Numbered from the stretch's first letter, positions 9,453 to 19,206 are shown. The stretch: DNA of 61,444 nucleotides from Candidatus Uhrbacteria bacterium (GCA_943350635.1 CALRAI010000002.1:1-61444), one strand, 5' to 3'. Notes: generated from the letters alone by a model not told the origin. A program made the numbers and translations.

Positions 9453-9998
9453 ATGGCCGGAAGCGCGCTTCTCAACGCCCGAGCAATCCTTGATGCTGCA
9501 AACCTTCGTCCGGGAATGCGGGTGGCAGATTTTGGTGCTGGGCGCACTGGCCATTTGGTGTTGCCAGCGGCGCGATTGCTTCAGGAGGACGGAACGGTGT
9601 TTGCTATTGATATTCACCCGGAAGTTCTTTCTACGTTGCATGGACATCGATCGCTGCATTCGCTTACGAACTTATATCCATTACGCGGAGACATTGAACG
9701 CTTTGGAGGAATCGATGGTATTCCGGCAGGATCGCTCGATAGAATTTTCATCGTCAATACCTTGTGGACGTTGCAACGGCTTGCTTCTATTGTTGCAGAA
9801 GCTCGCCGACTTCTCGCACACGACGGACAGATTATTGTGGTGGATTGGGAGCCAAATTCTCGTCACGCAGTTGCGCCCTTAGCCACGTTTCGTGTTGCTC
9901 CACAGGCGATTGATCGAGCCTTTGGGGAAGGTGGATGTCGGCAATGTGGGGAGTTTCAGCCCAGTCGACACCATTGGGGGAGGATTTACGCGCATTAG
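9453..9998 (+). CDS. Class I SAM-dependent methyltransferase
   Basis: LRPGMRVADFGAGRTGH motif I, VFAIDI, IIVVDW. Confidence 0.88.
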   Translation: MAGSALLNARAILDAANLRPGMRVADFGAGRTGHLVLPAARLLQEDGTVFAIDIHPEVLSTLHGHRSLHSLTNLYPLRGDIERFGGIDGIPAGSLDRIFIVNTLWTLQRLASIVAEARRLLAHDGQIIVVDWEPNSRHAVAPLATFRVAPQAIDRAFGEGGCRQCGEFQPSRHHWGRIYAH

Positions 9999-10022
9999 GC
10001 TTTCGAGTACCATCCTTTGCAT

Positions 10023-10439
10023 ATGAATTTTCTCTCACCACTTTGGGACATACAATTCTGGTTCGACCTCACGCCAATTCGGATGGCAGCGCAATTTGAA
10101 GCGGCATTCTTTGCACTTTTCGCACTTGTGCTGATTGTGGGATCGATTCTTCGTATGATGGTTCGCAACGGAAAATACGATAAATACAAAGCCATCGTGA
10201 TGAAACGCGCTGCCAGCTTGTGTTCGCTAATGGGAGTGCTCGGACTTGTGTGGTTTTTCTTCACCTTCGAGGAAATTCAATTCTTCGGTTCTCGATTCTG
10301 GTTCTTGATCTGGAGTATTGGATTCATTGTTGGTGCAATTTCGATTGTGCGTTATATCAAAAAGGAAGTACCAAGCCTGCAGCATCGTGAACAGTCGCGT
10401 GCGGAGGTGAATAAATATCTCCCAAAACGCGCGCGATAA
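10023..10439 (+). CDS. Hypothetical three-TM membrane protein
   Basis: Three hydrophobic segments, C-terminal KYLPK, operonic spacing. Confidence 0.75.
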   Translation: MNFLSPLWDIQFWFDLTPIRMAAQFEAAFFALFALVLIVGSILRMMVRNGKYDKYKAIVMKRAASLCSLMGVLGLVWFFFTFEEIQFFGSRFWFLIWSIGFIVGAISIVRYIKKEVPSLQHREQSRAEVNKYLPKRAR

Positions 10440-10795
10440 TGACTATGGTCGATTCTCGAAGAATCTTTGGAAACGCAGCTGAGCACGATGCCGCTGCGTT
10501 TTTGAAATCAAAGGGATTTGAAATTATCAAAACACAATACCGAAACAAATTCGGTGAGATTGATATCATCGCAAAGGACGAGAAAGAGTTTGTGATGGTC
10601 GAAGTCAAAGCGCGCCACGATCACGAATTCGGCTACCCCGAAGAATCCGTTACCAAATCCAAACTCCGCAAAATCAGCATTGTCGGCACCATGTTCATGG
10701 ACGATTTTCCAGGGGTTGAATGGCGCATCGACGTCATCGCGATCGAATACGACCAATCTCCACCCCGAGTTACGCATATTATTGGTGTGGGATAA
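10439..10795 (+). CDS. yraN: YraN family (UPF0102) nuclease-like protein
   Basis: FGNAAE, GEIDIIA, VEVKAR, PEESVT, WRIDVIAI. Confidence 0.92.
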   Translation: MTMVDSRRIFGNAAEHDAAAFLKSKGFEIIKTQYRNKFGEIDIIAKDEKEFVMVEVKARHDHEFGYPEESVTKSKLRKISIVGTMFMDDFPGVEWRIDVIAIEYDQSPPRVTHIIGVG

Positions 10796-10894
10796 TCATG
10801 TGGAGAAGTCGGCGGACGGCGTGAAGTATTTCTGATAGGATACATAAATCCCCACAAAAAAGTCCCCACGATTTTATTCGTAACTTTGTTGTGT

Positions 10895-11230
10895 ATGTTG
10901 AATGCAAATGACATGAAGGCACTTCGTGCAATGTTTGGTGAATTGTTACAAGAAAATAATATCGTTCTCCGAAAGGAACTCAAAAAAGAGTGGCGGAAGG
11001 ATATTCAAGAATGCATCGAAGCGAATAATCACGTTCTGAAGCGCGAGATTCGTGACGAGACGCACTCTGTAGTGAAGGCGTCGGCAAAAGCTGTCGTTGA
11101 AGAGCTTCGTCAGGAAATTCATACACTTCGGGACGATCTCCTCGACGTGATTAACGAAGAAATCCTCCCTCAAATCGATGAATGCCAGCGCGATATTGTT
11201 CAATTAAAGATTGCGACGAATCTTGCATAG
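10895..11230 (+). CDS. Hypothetical coiled-coil protein, paralog of 37099..37533
   Basis: Shared MLxxxD..LR.MF start and EEILPQIDE...LA end. Confidence 0.75.
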   Translation: MLNANDMKALRAMFGELLQENNIVLRKELKKEWRKDIQECIEANNHVLKREIRDETHSVVKASAKAVVEELRQEIHTLRDDLLDVINEEILPQIDECQRDIVQLKIATNLA

Positions 11231-11332
11231 AGGCGTGTGTCGTGATATCCTATTCTCATGTTGAAACCTGGCCGCAATGCCAGGTTTTCATCTTAAAAAC
11301 AAGAACATTCATGTTCTTCATAAAAATCTATT

Positions 11333-12565
11333 ATGGCATCAGCAATCGAGTTAGCAATCCGTCAGATTTGTGACGAGAAGGGATTGAGTTACGAGAGTGT
11401 TATTGTGACGATCGAATCTGCACTTGCGGCGGCGTATCGGAAGGATTTTGGCGATAAATATCACAATCTTGAAGCAACATTTGATACAGAAACAGGGTTA
11501 GCTCGTATTTTTGACGTGAAAACGGTGGTTGCAGATATTACGCCAGAAGAAATGGAGGAAGTAAAAAAGATCGAGGCTGAGGAATTTGCGCGTCGCGAGG
11601 CAATGCGCGCATTGGGAGATTTTATGCCGCCAACAGAAGTGGTTGCAGAAGACATTGGTCCAAAGTTCAATCCAAAAACAGACATCATGATTTCCGATGC
11701 GCAGCTCATGAAAATGGGCGCAAAGGTTGGAGATGTGCTGCGTACGGAGCTTCCGCAGGCGGTGGAGTTTGGTCGCATGGCAGCAATGACGGCAAAACAA
11801 GTTATTACGCAAAAGCTTCGCGAGGCGGAACGCGAAATCATTTTTAACGAGTTCAAGGGTGTTGAGGGAGACGTAATTGTCGGTACCGTGCAGCGTCGCG
11901 AGGGCCGTATTATTCTCGTGGACATTGGTCGCACTGCCGGAATCATTAAGCCGGAGGACGCGATGCCAACGGAGCGTTATCGTTCTGGAGATCGATTGAA
12001 ATTTTACGTTCGCGAAGTGTCGCTTGGTGCTCGCGGTGCACAAATTTTGCTTTCACGAACCAGCGAGGAGTTGGTGCGAAAGTTATTCATGGTAGAAATT
12101 CCGGAAGTTGCCGAAGGAGCCGTTGTAATTAAGGCCATCGCTCGTGAGGCCGGAGCTCGAACAAAGATCGCTGTTGCAAGTACAGACGCAAGTATCGATC
12201 CAATTGGTGCGTGTATTGGTCAGCGCGGAAGCCGTATCCAAACAATCACTGGCGAACTTTCCGGTGAGAAGATCGACATTGTGCAGTGGAGTGAAAATCC
12301 ACGAGAATTGATCACACATTCGCTTTCTCCAGCAAAAGTCCTTGAAGTAAATTTGGACGAAGCTGAGCATGCGGCAATCGTTGTTGTGCCAAGTGATCAA
12401 CTTTCTTTGGCGATTGGTCGTGGTGGGCAGAACGTGCGTCTTGCCGCGAAGCTCACCGGATGGAAAGTGAATATTCAAGAGCGTTTGGCGGACGGCGTGG
12501 TTGCTCCGGTCGCGCTTGAGGAATCGAGTCAAACTTCGAGCGAGGCTCCGGTTGTGGCTGAATAA
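11333..12565 (+). CDS. nusA: Transcription termination/antitermination factor NusA
   Basis: FGRMAAMTAKQVI, S1 domain, AREAGARTKIAV, SLAIGRGGQNVRLAAKLTGW. Confidence 0.97.
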   Translation: MASAIELAIRQICDEKGLSYESVIVTIESALAAAYRKDFGDKYHNLEATFDTETGLARIFDVKTVVADITPEEMEEVKKIEAEEFARREAMRALGDFMPPTEVVAEDIGPKFNPKTDIMISDAQLMKMGAKVGDVLRTELPQAVEFGRMAAMTAKQVITQKLREAEREIIFNEFKGVEGDVIVGTVQRREGRIILVDIGRTAGIIKPEDAMPTERYRSGDRLKFYVREVSLGARGAQILLSRTSEELVRKLFMVEIPEVAEGAVVIKAIAREAGARTKIAVASTDASIDPIGACIGQRGSRIQTITGELSGEKIDIVQWSENPRELITHSLSPAKVLEVNLDEAEHAAIVVVPSDQLSLAIGRGGQNVRLAAKLTGWKVNIQERLADGVVAPVALEESSQTSSEAPVVAE

Positions 12566-12570
12566 TATAT

Positions 12571-13293
12571 ATGGCCACCTTCTTCTTCTCCGTTTTGTAT
12601 CAGCCGCTCTATAACTTGTTGGTGTTTGTGTACACGATTGCGCCATGGGGTGGGCTGGGCCTTGCGATTATTGTGATGACGATTATTGTGAAAACGCTCG
12701 TACTTCCACTCACGTACAAGTCCATGAAATCGCAGAAGGAGCTTCAAGAGTTGCAGCCAAAAATTGCAGAAATCAAAGAAAAGTTCAAGGACGACAAAGA
12801 AACGATGGCAAAGGAACTTATGGGTGTGTACAAGGTGCACAACGTGAATCCGTTTGCGTCGTGTTTGCCAACCATCGTTCAGCTGTTTGTATTCATTGCA
12901 TTGTATAAGGCACTCGAAGCGGGAATCCATACAGTGAATCCAGAGATTTTGTACGAGTTTGTGCGGAATCCGGGGACAATGTCTCCAATGTTCCTAGGAA
13001 TTGATCTCAGTAAAGTGTCGATTCTCTTGGCGGCGCTTTCCGCAGTCTGTCAGTATTTCCAGGCAAAGCAAATGATCACGCGTCGTCCACCCGCTGTGGC
13101 GCGTGGAACGGGTGCAGCAATGGATGAGGACATGACGGCCACCATGAACAAGATGATGTTGTACATGTTGCCAATCATGATGTTTGGTCTTGGGGCAACA
13201 ACGCTTGTTGGTGGGGTAACGCTCTACATTTTTGTGAGTACCGCATTTACCTATGCAATGTACGCACTGTTCTTGAGTCCAAAGAAGGCATAA
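12571..13293 (+). CDS. yidC: Membrane protein insertase YidC/Oxa1 (short form)
   Basis: GLAIIVMTIIVK, LQPKIAEIKEKFK, NPFASCLPTIVQL. Confidence 0.92.
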   Translation: MATFFFSVLYQPLYNLLVFVYTIAPWGGLGLAIIVMTIIVKTLVLPLTYKSMKSQKELQELQPKIAEIKEKFKDDKETMAKELMGVYKVHNVNPFASCLPTIVQLFVFIALYKALEAGIHTVNPEILYEFVRNPGTMSPMFLGIDLSKVSILLAALSAVCQYFQAKQMITRRPPAVARGTGAAMDEDMTATMNKMMLYMLPIMMFGLGATTLVGGVTLYIFVSTAFTYAMYALFLSPKKA

Positions 13294-13317
13294 CAAGTCG
13301 TGTACAATAGCCATACT

Positions 13318-14331
13318 ATGGCGTTGCGATTGTCTGCGAAAGTGATTGGCGTGGGAGTGAGTGGAGCGCTTGGCGCTGGGCTGCTGTACATATTGCTTGC
13401 CCAAGAAGGATGGGAAAACGTGTTGCAAAACGTAACACAATTTGGTGCGTGGCCTTTTATTGGCTTTGTAGCAATATCGATGCTGAACTTTGTGCTGTAC
13501 AGCATTCGATGGATGATCATTCTGCATCGGCAAGTCTCAGAAAAGAAACACAAACTTTCGTTGTGGCGCATGTATTGGCATCGCATGACGGGATACGCGG
13601 TAGGGTATCTCACGCCGTTGAATCAAGCGGGGGGAGAGCCGGTGCGTGTTGCGCTCCTTATGGCCGACGGTGTTCCTGCAAAAAGTGCGGTAGCATCAGC
13701 TACGCTCGATATTGCATTTGAACTGTGTTCGTACGTGGTGTTTATTGCGCTTGGCGTAATCTTTGCACTGGTGGAACATCAGGGAGGCACGGGAACGCTG
13801 GAGGTTATGGGTTTTGGACTTGCGATTGCATTTGGTGTCTTAATCGCGTTTTTTACAGCATTGGGCAGGGGAAAGCCAATGGCAAAGCCGTTGTTCCGTC
13901 GATTACATTTGGACAAAGTAAAACGCCTCCGAGGCGCAGAGCGCTGGCTTGAGGACACGGAGGCACTGATGCGTGGTTTTTTTGCTGGAGGCGGATGGGT
14001 GGTGTTTGGCATTTCCGTACTTTCCATGACGATGGTGGCGTTTCGTGTGGTAGAGACGCTGTATATCGCGTGGGGATTTGGCGTAACAGTAAATTTTGCC
14101 CAAGCGTTCTTAGCAAGCTCGTTACCGGGATTAGCATTGCTCCTTCCGGTTCCTGGAGGATTGGGTATTTTTGAAGGAGGATTCGCAGCAGTGTTTAGTG
14201 CATTGAACGTGCCTATGGATGCATTGGCCTTTGCGCTCATCATTCGGTTGCGCGACGTGGTGTTCATTGGGTTTGGGGTGTTTCACATGATGCGAACAGG
14301 TACCAGCTGGGCGTTCAAGAAAACAACGTAA
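13318..14331 (+). CDS. Lysylphosphatidylglycerol synthase TM / UPF0104 flippase-like protein
   Basis: RWMIIL, LTPLNQAGGEPVR, PVPGGLGIFEGG, multiple TMs. Confidence 0.85.
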   Translation: MALRLSAKVIGVGVSGALGAGLLYILLAQEGWENVLQNVTQFGAWPFIGFVAISMLNFVLYSIRWMIILHRQVSEKKHKLSLWRMYWHRMTGYAVGYLTPLNQAGGEPVRVALLMADGVPAKSAVASATLDIAFELCSYVVFIALGVIFALVEHQGGTGTLEVMGFGLAIAFGVLIAFFTALGRGKPMAKPLFRRLHLDKVKRLRGAERWLEDTEALMRGFFAGGGWVVFGISVLSMTMVAFRVVETLYIAWGFGVTVNFAQAFLASSLPGLALLLPVPGGLGIFEGGFAAVFSALNVPMDALAFALIIRLRDVVFIGFGVFHMMRTGTSWAFKKTT

Positions 14332-14333
14332 AT

Positions 14334-15221
14334 ATGCCAACAGCGCTCGAGCAGTCGTTGTTTCGTGCGCTGGCCTATTTTGCATATTTTCGTTATCCGT
14401 TAACGACGATGGAGCTGTGGAAATGGTGCGATGTCCCTGAGACATCAATCGTAGGCATCGATGAAACGATTCAGTCATCCGTCTGGCTTCGGGAAAAAGG
14501 CGTGCGGTCAGACCATGGATTTTTTGGTGTTGGCGATGTTGGGTCTTGGCGTGCTGAGCGTATTCATCGAGTGACTGATGCGTTGCGGAAGTCTCGTCGC
14601 GCAGAGCGATTTGTACGCTTTGCAAGCATTTTTCCGTGGATAAAGATGATTGCGGTGTGTAATTCCTTAGCATTTTCCTTTACGAATACGGAAAGCGATA
14701 TCGATCTGTGTATCGTGACACAACGGGGAAGAATCTGGTCTACACGATTACTCCTCACGGGCGTACTCGCACTCATGCGTGCGCGCCCAGGTGAGCGTGA
14801 AAAGGATCCATTGTGTCTGAGCTTTTTTATCGCAGAGGATCGGCTCGATCTTTCGTTGGTAAAGATTGGGCCAGAGGACCCGTATTTGTTGTATTGGATT
14901 GCAACGCTTTCTCCAGTATTGGACCGAGACGAAACATGCGCAAAACTTCATGCAGCAAACGCATGGATTCGGCCGAACGTTCCTCGAGTGCAGCGGGTAC
15001 AAAAGGCTCAATCGTATGTGGTAGCCGCGCCATCGAGAATCCCGAATATTTCCTGGATCGAGCCATATGCGGAACGATTCCAACGTTCCAGATTCCCCAC
15101 AGTATTGCGATCGATGATGAATCAAGACTCCAGAGTTGTGGTAACGGATAGCATGTTAAAATTTCATCATAACGATCGTCGTCAAGAAATTCTCAACGCC
15201 TATGAAACGATGGTTTCCTAA
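14334..15221 (+). CDS. Hypothetical protein with nucleotidyltransferase-like motif
   Basis: NSLAFSFTNTESDIDLCIV resembles GS-x10-DxD; C-terminal LKFHHNDRR. Confidence 0.65.
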   Translation: MPTALEQSLFRALAYFAYFRYPLTTMELWKWCDVPETSIVGIDETIQSSVWLREKGVRSDHGFFGVGDVGSWRAERIHRVTDALRKSRRAERFVRFASIFPWIKMIAVCNSLAFSFTNTESDIDLCIVTQRGRIWSTRLLLTGVLALMRARPGEREKDPLCLSFFIAEDRLDLSLVKIGPEDPYLLYWIATLSPVLDRDETCAKLHAANAWIRPNVPRVQRVQKAQSYVVAAPSRIPNISWIEPYAERFQRSRFPTVLRSMMNQDSRVVVTDSMLKFHHNDRRQEILNAYETMVS

Positions 15222-16509
15222 TTGGACAACATTCCTCCTTTCCATCGTGGCGTTTCTTTTGCCGTGGCAAACGCGATGGATGTATGCCGAAGCAACGATT
15301 GCTGGCGCACATACCGAGTTTGGCGTGATGAGCGTGTATGGCGTGGAAGCGCTTTTGCTGCTTGCACTCATCGGCGGCAGGCTTCTGGATAAAAAATCGT
15401 GGATGGTGTCGCAGCGGTATCATTTGCCAATTCGTCTTGGAGCGATCGCGCTGATCGCGATAACCCTCGGCACGGCATTTGCGGATCGTTCGCTCTTTTC
15501 GCTGACGATGACGGTACATCTTGCGCTGGCATATCTGTTGTTTGTTGCTGTTGTTTATGATCGTGTTTCGGTGAAACATCTCCTATTCGCCTTTGTCGCC
15601 TCGCTGATTGCGCCGATGCTTTTGGGAGCTGCACAAGTATTTGGTGGGTCGTCGCCGGCGTGTTCGTGGTTGGGCTTGGCAGCTCGCGATGCCGCGCAAT
15701 TGGGTGACGCAATTTTTACGGTGGACGGACAGCGCGTACTGCGGGCATACGGCAGTTTTCCACATCCGAACGTGTTTGGCGGATTCCTTGGCGTTGGATT
15801 GTTTGCGTGGTGGGGTGCAATGGCAAGCGTGAAACGGTCGTTCGGTCAGCAGAAACATCTCATTGTCACGAGCGTTGGTACGGTGGTTCTGCTTGGAGGG
15901 CTGGTGATGACGGGGTCGCGATCCGCGTTTCTTGGAGTACTTGTGGGGCTCGTGGGGGTGTTTTTGGTGAAATCCATTTCCAATATTGCTCTTGCGCGGT
16001 CGGCGGCTTTGGTATTCGGCGTGACTGCAGTTGCTGGATCGCTGATTGGATCATTTTATCTTACCGATCTTGCGTCGAGCATTCGTGGTGGGGGAGTAAA
16101 CGAAGAGCGATCGTTGCTTGAGCGCGTTGCGCTCTACGAAGATTTTGTGCCGTTCATGGTGGCAACGAATCCTGTGTTTGGTCATGGTATTGGAGCGTAC
16201 GTGTTGTCCTATGCCGACAGCCAGCCAGGAAAGAATGCGTTCGACTATCAACCGATTCATAATGCGCCGTTGTTGGTTCTGGCGGAATCTGGCGTGTTGG
16301 GGCTTGGTGCATTTCTCCTTTGGATTGCAAGCGCAGCATGGACGAATATTCGTCGTTTTCCGCATCGGGACGCGTTGTACGCACTGGGAATGGGAAATGT
16401 TGTGGTGATGATTGCGTTTTTTGATCACTATCTTTGGTCCTCCTGGGCGGGGCTTGCGCTCATTGCGTTTGTGTTGGGAATGATGGTGAGAATGGGGGAA
16501 GACTCATGA
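15202..16509 (+). CDS. O-antigen ligase / Wzy_C family membrane protein
   Basis: RAYGSFPHPNVFGGF, TGSRSAF, GHGIGAY, PIHNAPLLVLAESG. Confidence 0.88.
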   Translation: MKRWFPNWTTFLLSIVAFLLPWQTRWMYAEATIAGAHTEFGVMSVYGVEALLLLALIGGRLLDKKSWMVSQRYHLPIRLGAIALIAITLGTAFADRSLFSLTMTVHLALAYLLFVAVVYDRVSVKHLLFAFVASLIAPMLLGAAQVFGGSSPACSWLGLAARDAAQLGDAIFTVDGQRVLRAYGSFPHPNVFGGFLGVGLFAWWGAMASVKRSFGQQKHLIVTSVGTVVLLGGLVMTGSRSAFLGVLVGLVGVFLVKSISNIALARSAALVFGVTAVAGSLIGSFYLTDLASSIRGGGVNEERSLLERVALYEDFVPFMVATNPVFGHGIGAYVLSYADSQPGKNAFDYQPIHNAPLLVLAESGVLGLGAFLLWIASAAWTNIRRFPHRDALYALGMGNVVVMIAFFDHYLWSSWAGLALIAFVLGMMVRMGEDS

Positions 16510-16530
16510 GCACCAATAAATATTGAGCGA

Positions 16531-16661
16531 ATCAACGGGTGGCACCGCGGGAGGCCCCCATACGGAGCGCAGCTCGCACAGCATACAGACGATGCTTCCT
16601 ACAAAGCCCCACGTGCGAGTCGAGCACCGTAATGGGGTCCGCGGTGACAGGACCCGTTGAT
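16531..16661. other. ~130-nt long imperfect hairpin of unknown function
   Basis: Nested pairs ATCAACGGGT/ACCCGTTGAT, CACCGCGG/CCGCGGTG, CCCCAT-ACGG/CCGT-A-ATGGGG, CTCGCAC/GTGCGAG. Confidence 0.7.
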
Positions 16662-16705
16662 GAGTGATATCAGGATTCGATAGCGATTTTCTTTAGAGGG
16701 GAGGG

Positions 16706-17088
16706 GATTCTTTGGATGGAGTTGAGAGATGGAGATGGCTTGTGGTTTTATCGTGGGAATTGTTGCGACCATCGGCTATCGCGATTTCAAGGGGCTCCTA
16801 CCGAAATTGAGGTAAAGAAACATGGCACCTGTGAGGTTGCACGATCGTAAAATCGGCAATATTCGATCGTGAACATCGCAAAACACAAACGCCGGTCGTA
16901 GAGAGGGTCACCGACGGGCGTGATCAATGTTGAAATCAATTCCCGGTTCCTACATGCAACTCGGTTGCATTAGCAGAGCCCCTGTTTTTAAAACACATAC
17001 CCCCACTCTCAGCAAAGCTATTGTCAACGCCAAATATCGTGAGCGATCACCGCCATTCGTCCCGTCCTCCCAACCAAATCCAAGAGTC
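16706..17088 (+). ncRNA. Candidate large structured ncRNA or non-autonomous element, copy 1
   Basis: Homologous over its length to the reverse complement of 53446..53801; terminal stem GATTCTTTGGAT/ATCCAAGAGTC; internal hairpins with G-U and compensatory changes. Confidence 0.6.
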
Positions 17089-17169
17089 ACCCTCACATTC
17101 CCCCCCATCACAACCCCGACCCCGCAAAAGAATCACAATCACATCATCAATCTTTTTTTACATACACAC

Positions 17170-17196
17170 TTAGCAGTCTTGCCAAGAGAGTGCTAA
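17170..17196 (+). promoter_or_regulatory. CIRCE operator (HrcA site)
   Basis: TTAGCAGTC-N9-GAGTGCTAA, one mismatch to consensus, 39 nt upstream of groES. Confidence 0.92.
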
Positions 17197-17235
17197 TTTC
17201 GTAATATTGTCCCGTAAGATTTTTAACTTTTCCTT

Positions 17236-17520
17236 ATGAACCTTCGGCCATTAGGTGGACATATTATCGTCGAACCACAAGAACGAGAAGTAAAAACAGC
17301 GTCCGGAATTTATTTGCCTGATTCCGGTGAAAAGCGTCAGGGTCAAGGTCTTGTTGTCGCTGTTGGTCCAGGAAAATTGGAGAAAGGCGAGCGTCAGCCA
17401 GTGGAGGTAAAGATCGGCGACATCATCGTGTTCAAGCAATATTCTCCAGACGAAGTAAAACTCGAAAATAAAACGTTCCTCATCGTTTCCGCCGATGACG
17501 TCACTGCGGTAATTGAATAA
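17236..17520 (+). CDS. groES: Co-chaperonin GroES
   Basis: LRPLGGHIIV, KTASGIYLPD, VVAVGPG. Confidence 0.97.
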   Translation: MNLRPLGGHIIVEPQEREVKTASGIYLPDSGEKRQGQGLVVAVGPGKLEKGERQPVEVKIGDIIVFKQYSPDEVKLENKTFLIVSADDVTAVIE

Positions 17521-17525
17521 TTTCT

Positions 17526-19148
17526 ATGGCAAAATCTATTGTTTTTAGCGACGATGCACGAAAGAAAATGAAGGACGGTGTGGATCAGCTGGCAAATGCG
17601 GTGCGAGTAACCATGGGGCCACGTGGCCGGACCGTGATTATTGACCGTGGTTTTGGTTCTCCGATGGTTACAAAGGACGGCGTTTCTGTAGCAAAAGAGG
17701 TGGAGCTTGCAGATAAATTGGAAAATCTTGGCGCAACACTCGTGAAAGAGGCGGCGAGCAAAACGAACGATGTTGCTGGCGACGGAACAACAACGGCAGT
17801 CGTTCTCGCACAAGCAATCGTATCGGAAGGTTTGCGAGTCGTGTCCGTTGGTGTGAATTCTCAGGCATTGCGTCGTGGTATCGAAAAAGGTGTTGAAGCG
17901 ATCGTCAAAAAGATTGCCGAAATTTCGACACCGGTGCACGGAAATGCCATTGAGCAGGTGGCGTCGATTTCTGCCAACGATCCTGAAATCGGAAAAATGA
18001 TTGCGGAAGCAATGAAAAAGGTGAATGAGAATGGCGTTATCACCGTGGAAGAAGGTCAATCATTCGGAATTGAGGTTGATGTCGTTGAAGGCATGCAATT
18101 CGATAAAGGTTACGTTTCGCCATACATGGTAACGAATTCGGAACGCATGGAGGCAACGTATTCCGATGTTCCTGTCCTTGTGACGAGCGAAAAAATCAGC
18201 AGCATTCAAACGCTCATGCCACTGCTCGAAAAGCTTTTAGCAACCGGTCGAAAAGATCTCGTCATCATCGCAGAGGATGTCGAAGGCGAGGCGATGACGG
18301 CACTCGTCTTGAACAAGCTTCGTGGTGCGTTGAACGTGCTCGCAATCAAGGCGCCAGCGTACGGGGATCGTCGTAAGGCAATGCTTGAAGATATTGCTGT
18401 CGTGACTGGTGCAAAACTTATCGCACCAGAAACGGGCATGAAGTTTGAAACGCTCGAACTTGCGGATCTTGGTCATGCACGACGGGTCATTTCCACGAAG
18501 GATACGACGACGATTGTGGAAGGTGCGGGCGACAAAGCCGCAATCGCAGATCGCGTCGTCAACATTAAAGCGCAAATTGAAGGATCGGATTCGGACTTCG
18601 ACAAAGAAAAGCTCCGCGAACGCATGGCAAAGATTTCTGGCGGCGTTGCGGTTATCAAAGTCGGCGCAGCAAGCGAGGTTGAAATGAAGGAAAAGAAGCA
18701 TCGCATCGAGGATGCCGTTGCAGCAACAAAAGCAGCAATCGAAGAAGGCATTGTTGCCGGTGGTGGTGTGGCATTGATTCGCGCACAAAGCGTGCTCGAC
18801 GGAATCGACGCAACAGCGGACGAGAAGATCGGTATCGGCATTCTCCGCCGAGCTATCGAATCACCACTGCGTCAGATTGCAGAAAACGCTGGGCATGAAG
18901 GTGGCGTTATCGTCGAGCGAGTGAAGGCGATGTCTGGCAATAATGGCTGGGACGCTGCGCTCGATAAGGACGTGGACATGGTCGCGGTCGGCATCATCGA
19001 CCCAGCAAAGGTTACACGCTCCGCACTCCAAAACGCGTCATCAGTAGCGGTCATGATCCTCACCACCGAAGCCGCAATCACCGAAATTCCAAAAGCAGAA
19101 AAAGAAAGTGCTGGGGGAGGTGGTGGAGGAATGGGAGACATGTACTAG
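17526..19148 (+). CDS. groEL: Chaperonin GroEL
   Basis: TKDGVSVAKE, AGDGTTTA, GMQFDKGY, GGM-type tail. Confidence 0.98.
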   Translation: MAKSIVFSDDARKKMKDGVDQLANAVRVTMGPRGRTVIIDRGFGSPMVTKDGVSVAKEVELADKLENLGATLVKEAASKTNDVAGDGTTTAVVLAQAIVSEGLRVVSVGVNSQALRRGIEKGVEAIVKKIAEISTPVHGNAIEQVASISANDPEIGKMIAEAMKKVNENGVITVEEGQSFGIEVDVVEGMQFDKGYVSPYMVTNSERMEATYSDVPVLVTSEKISSIQTLMPLLEKLLATGRKDLVIIAEDVEGEAMTALVLNKLRGALNVLAIKAPAYGDRRKAMLEDIAVVTGAKLIAPETGMKFETLELADLGHARRVISTKDTTTIVEGAGDKAAIADRVVNIKAQIEGSDSDFDKEKLRERMAKISGGVAVIKVGAASEVEMKEKKHRIEDAVAATKAAIEEGIVAGGGVALIRAQSVLDGIDATADEKIGIGILRRAIESPLRQIAENAGHEGGVIVERVKAMSGNNGWDAALDKDVDMVAVGIIDPAKVTRSALQNASSVAVMILTTEAAITEIPKAEKESAGGGGGGMGDMY

Positions 19149-19174
19149 TCCAAGAAAAAATCAATACAAAGCGA

Positions 19175-19206
19175 AACGGACCGGCTCTTCGTAGAGTCGG
19201 TCCGTT
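19175..19206. terminator. Hairpin terminator between convergent groEL and LysM-like gene
   Basis: AACGGACCGGCTCT-TCGT-AGAGTCGGTCCGTT. Confidence 0.75.

Noticed and set aside
16706..17088. DGR template/variable repeat pair, or retron msr-msd
   Set aside because: Differences between copies are not adenine-specific, neither copy lies in a gene 3' end, and no reverse transcriptase is in the window.
16927..17196. ORFs 16927..17196 (+) and 53428..53766 (-) sharing IPGSYMQLGCISR
   Set aside because: The similarity comes from the nucleotide repeat. Starts, lengths and frames differ because of indels, and the first ORF ends in the CIRCE box.
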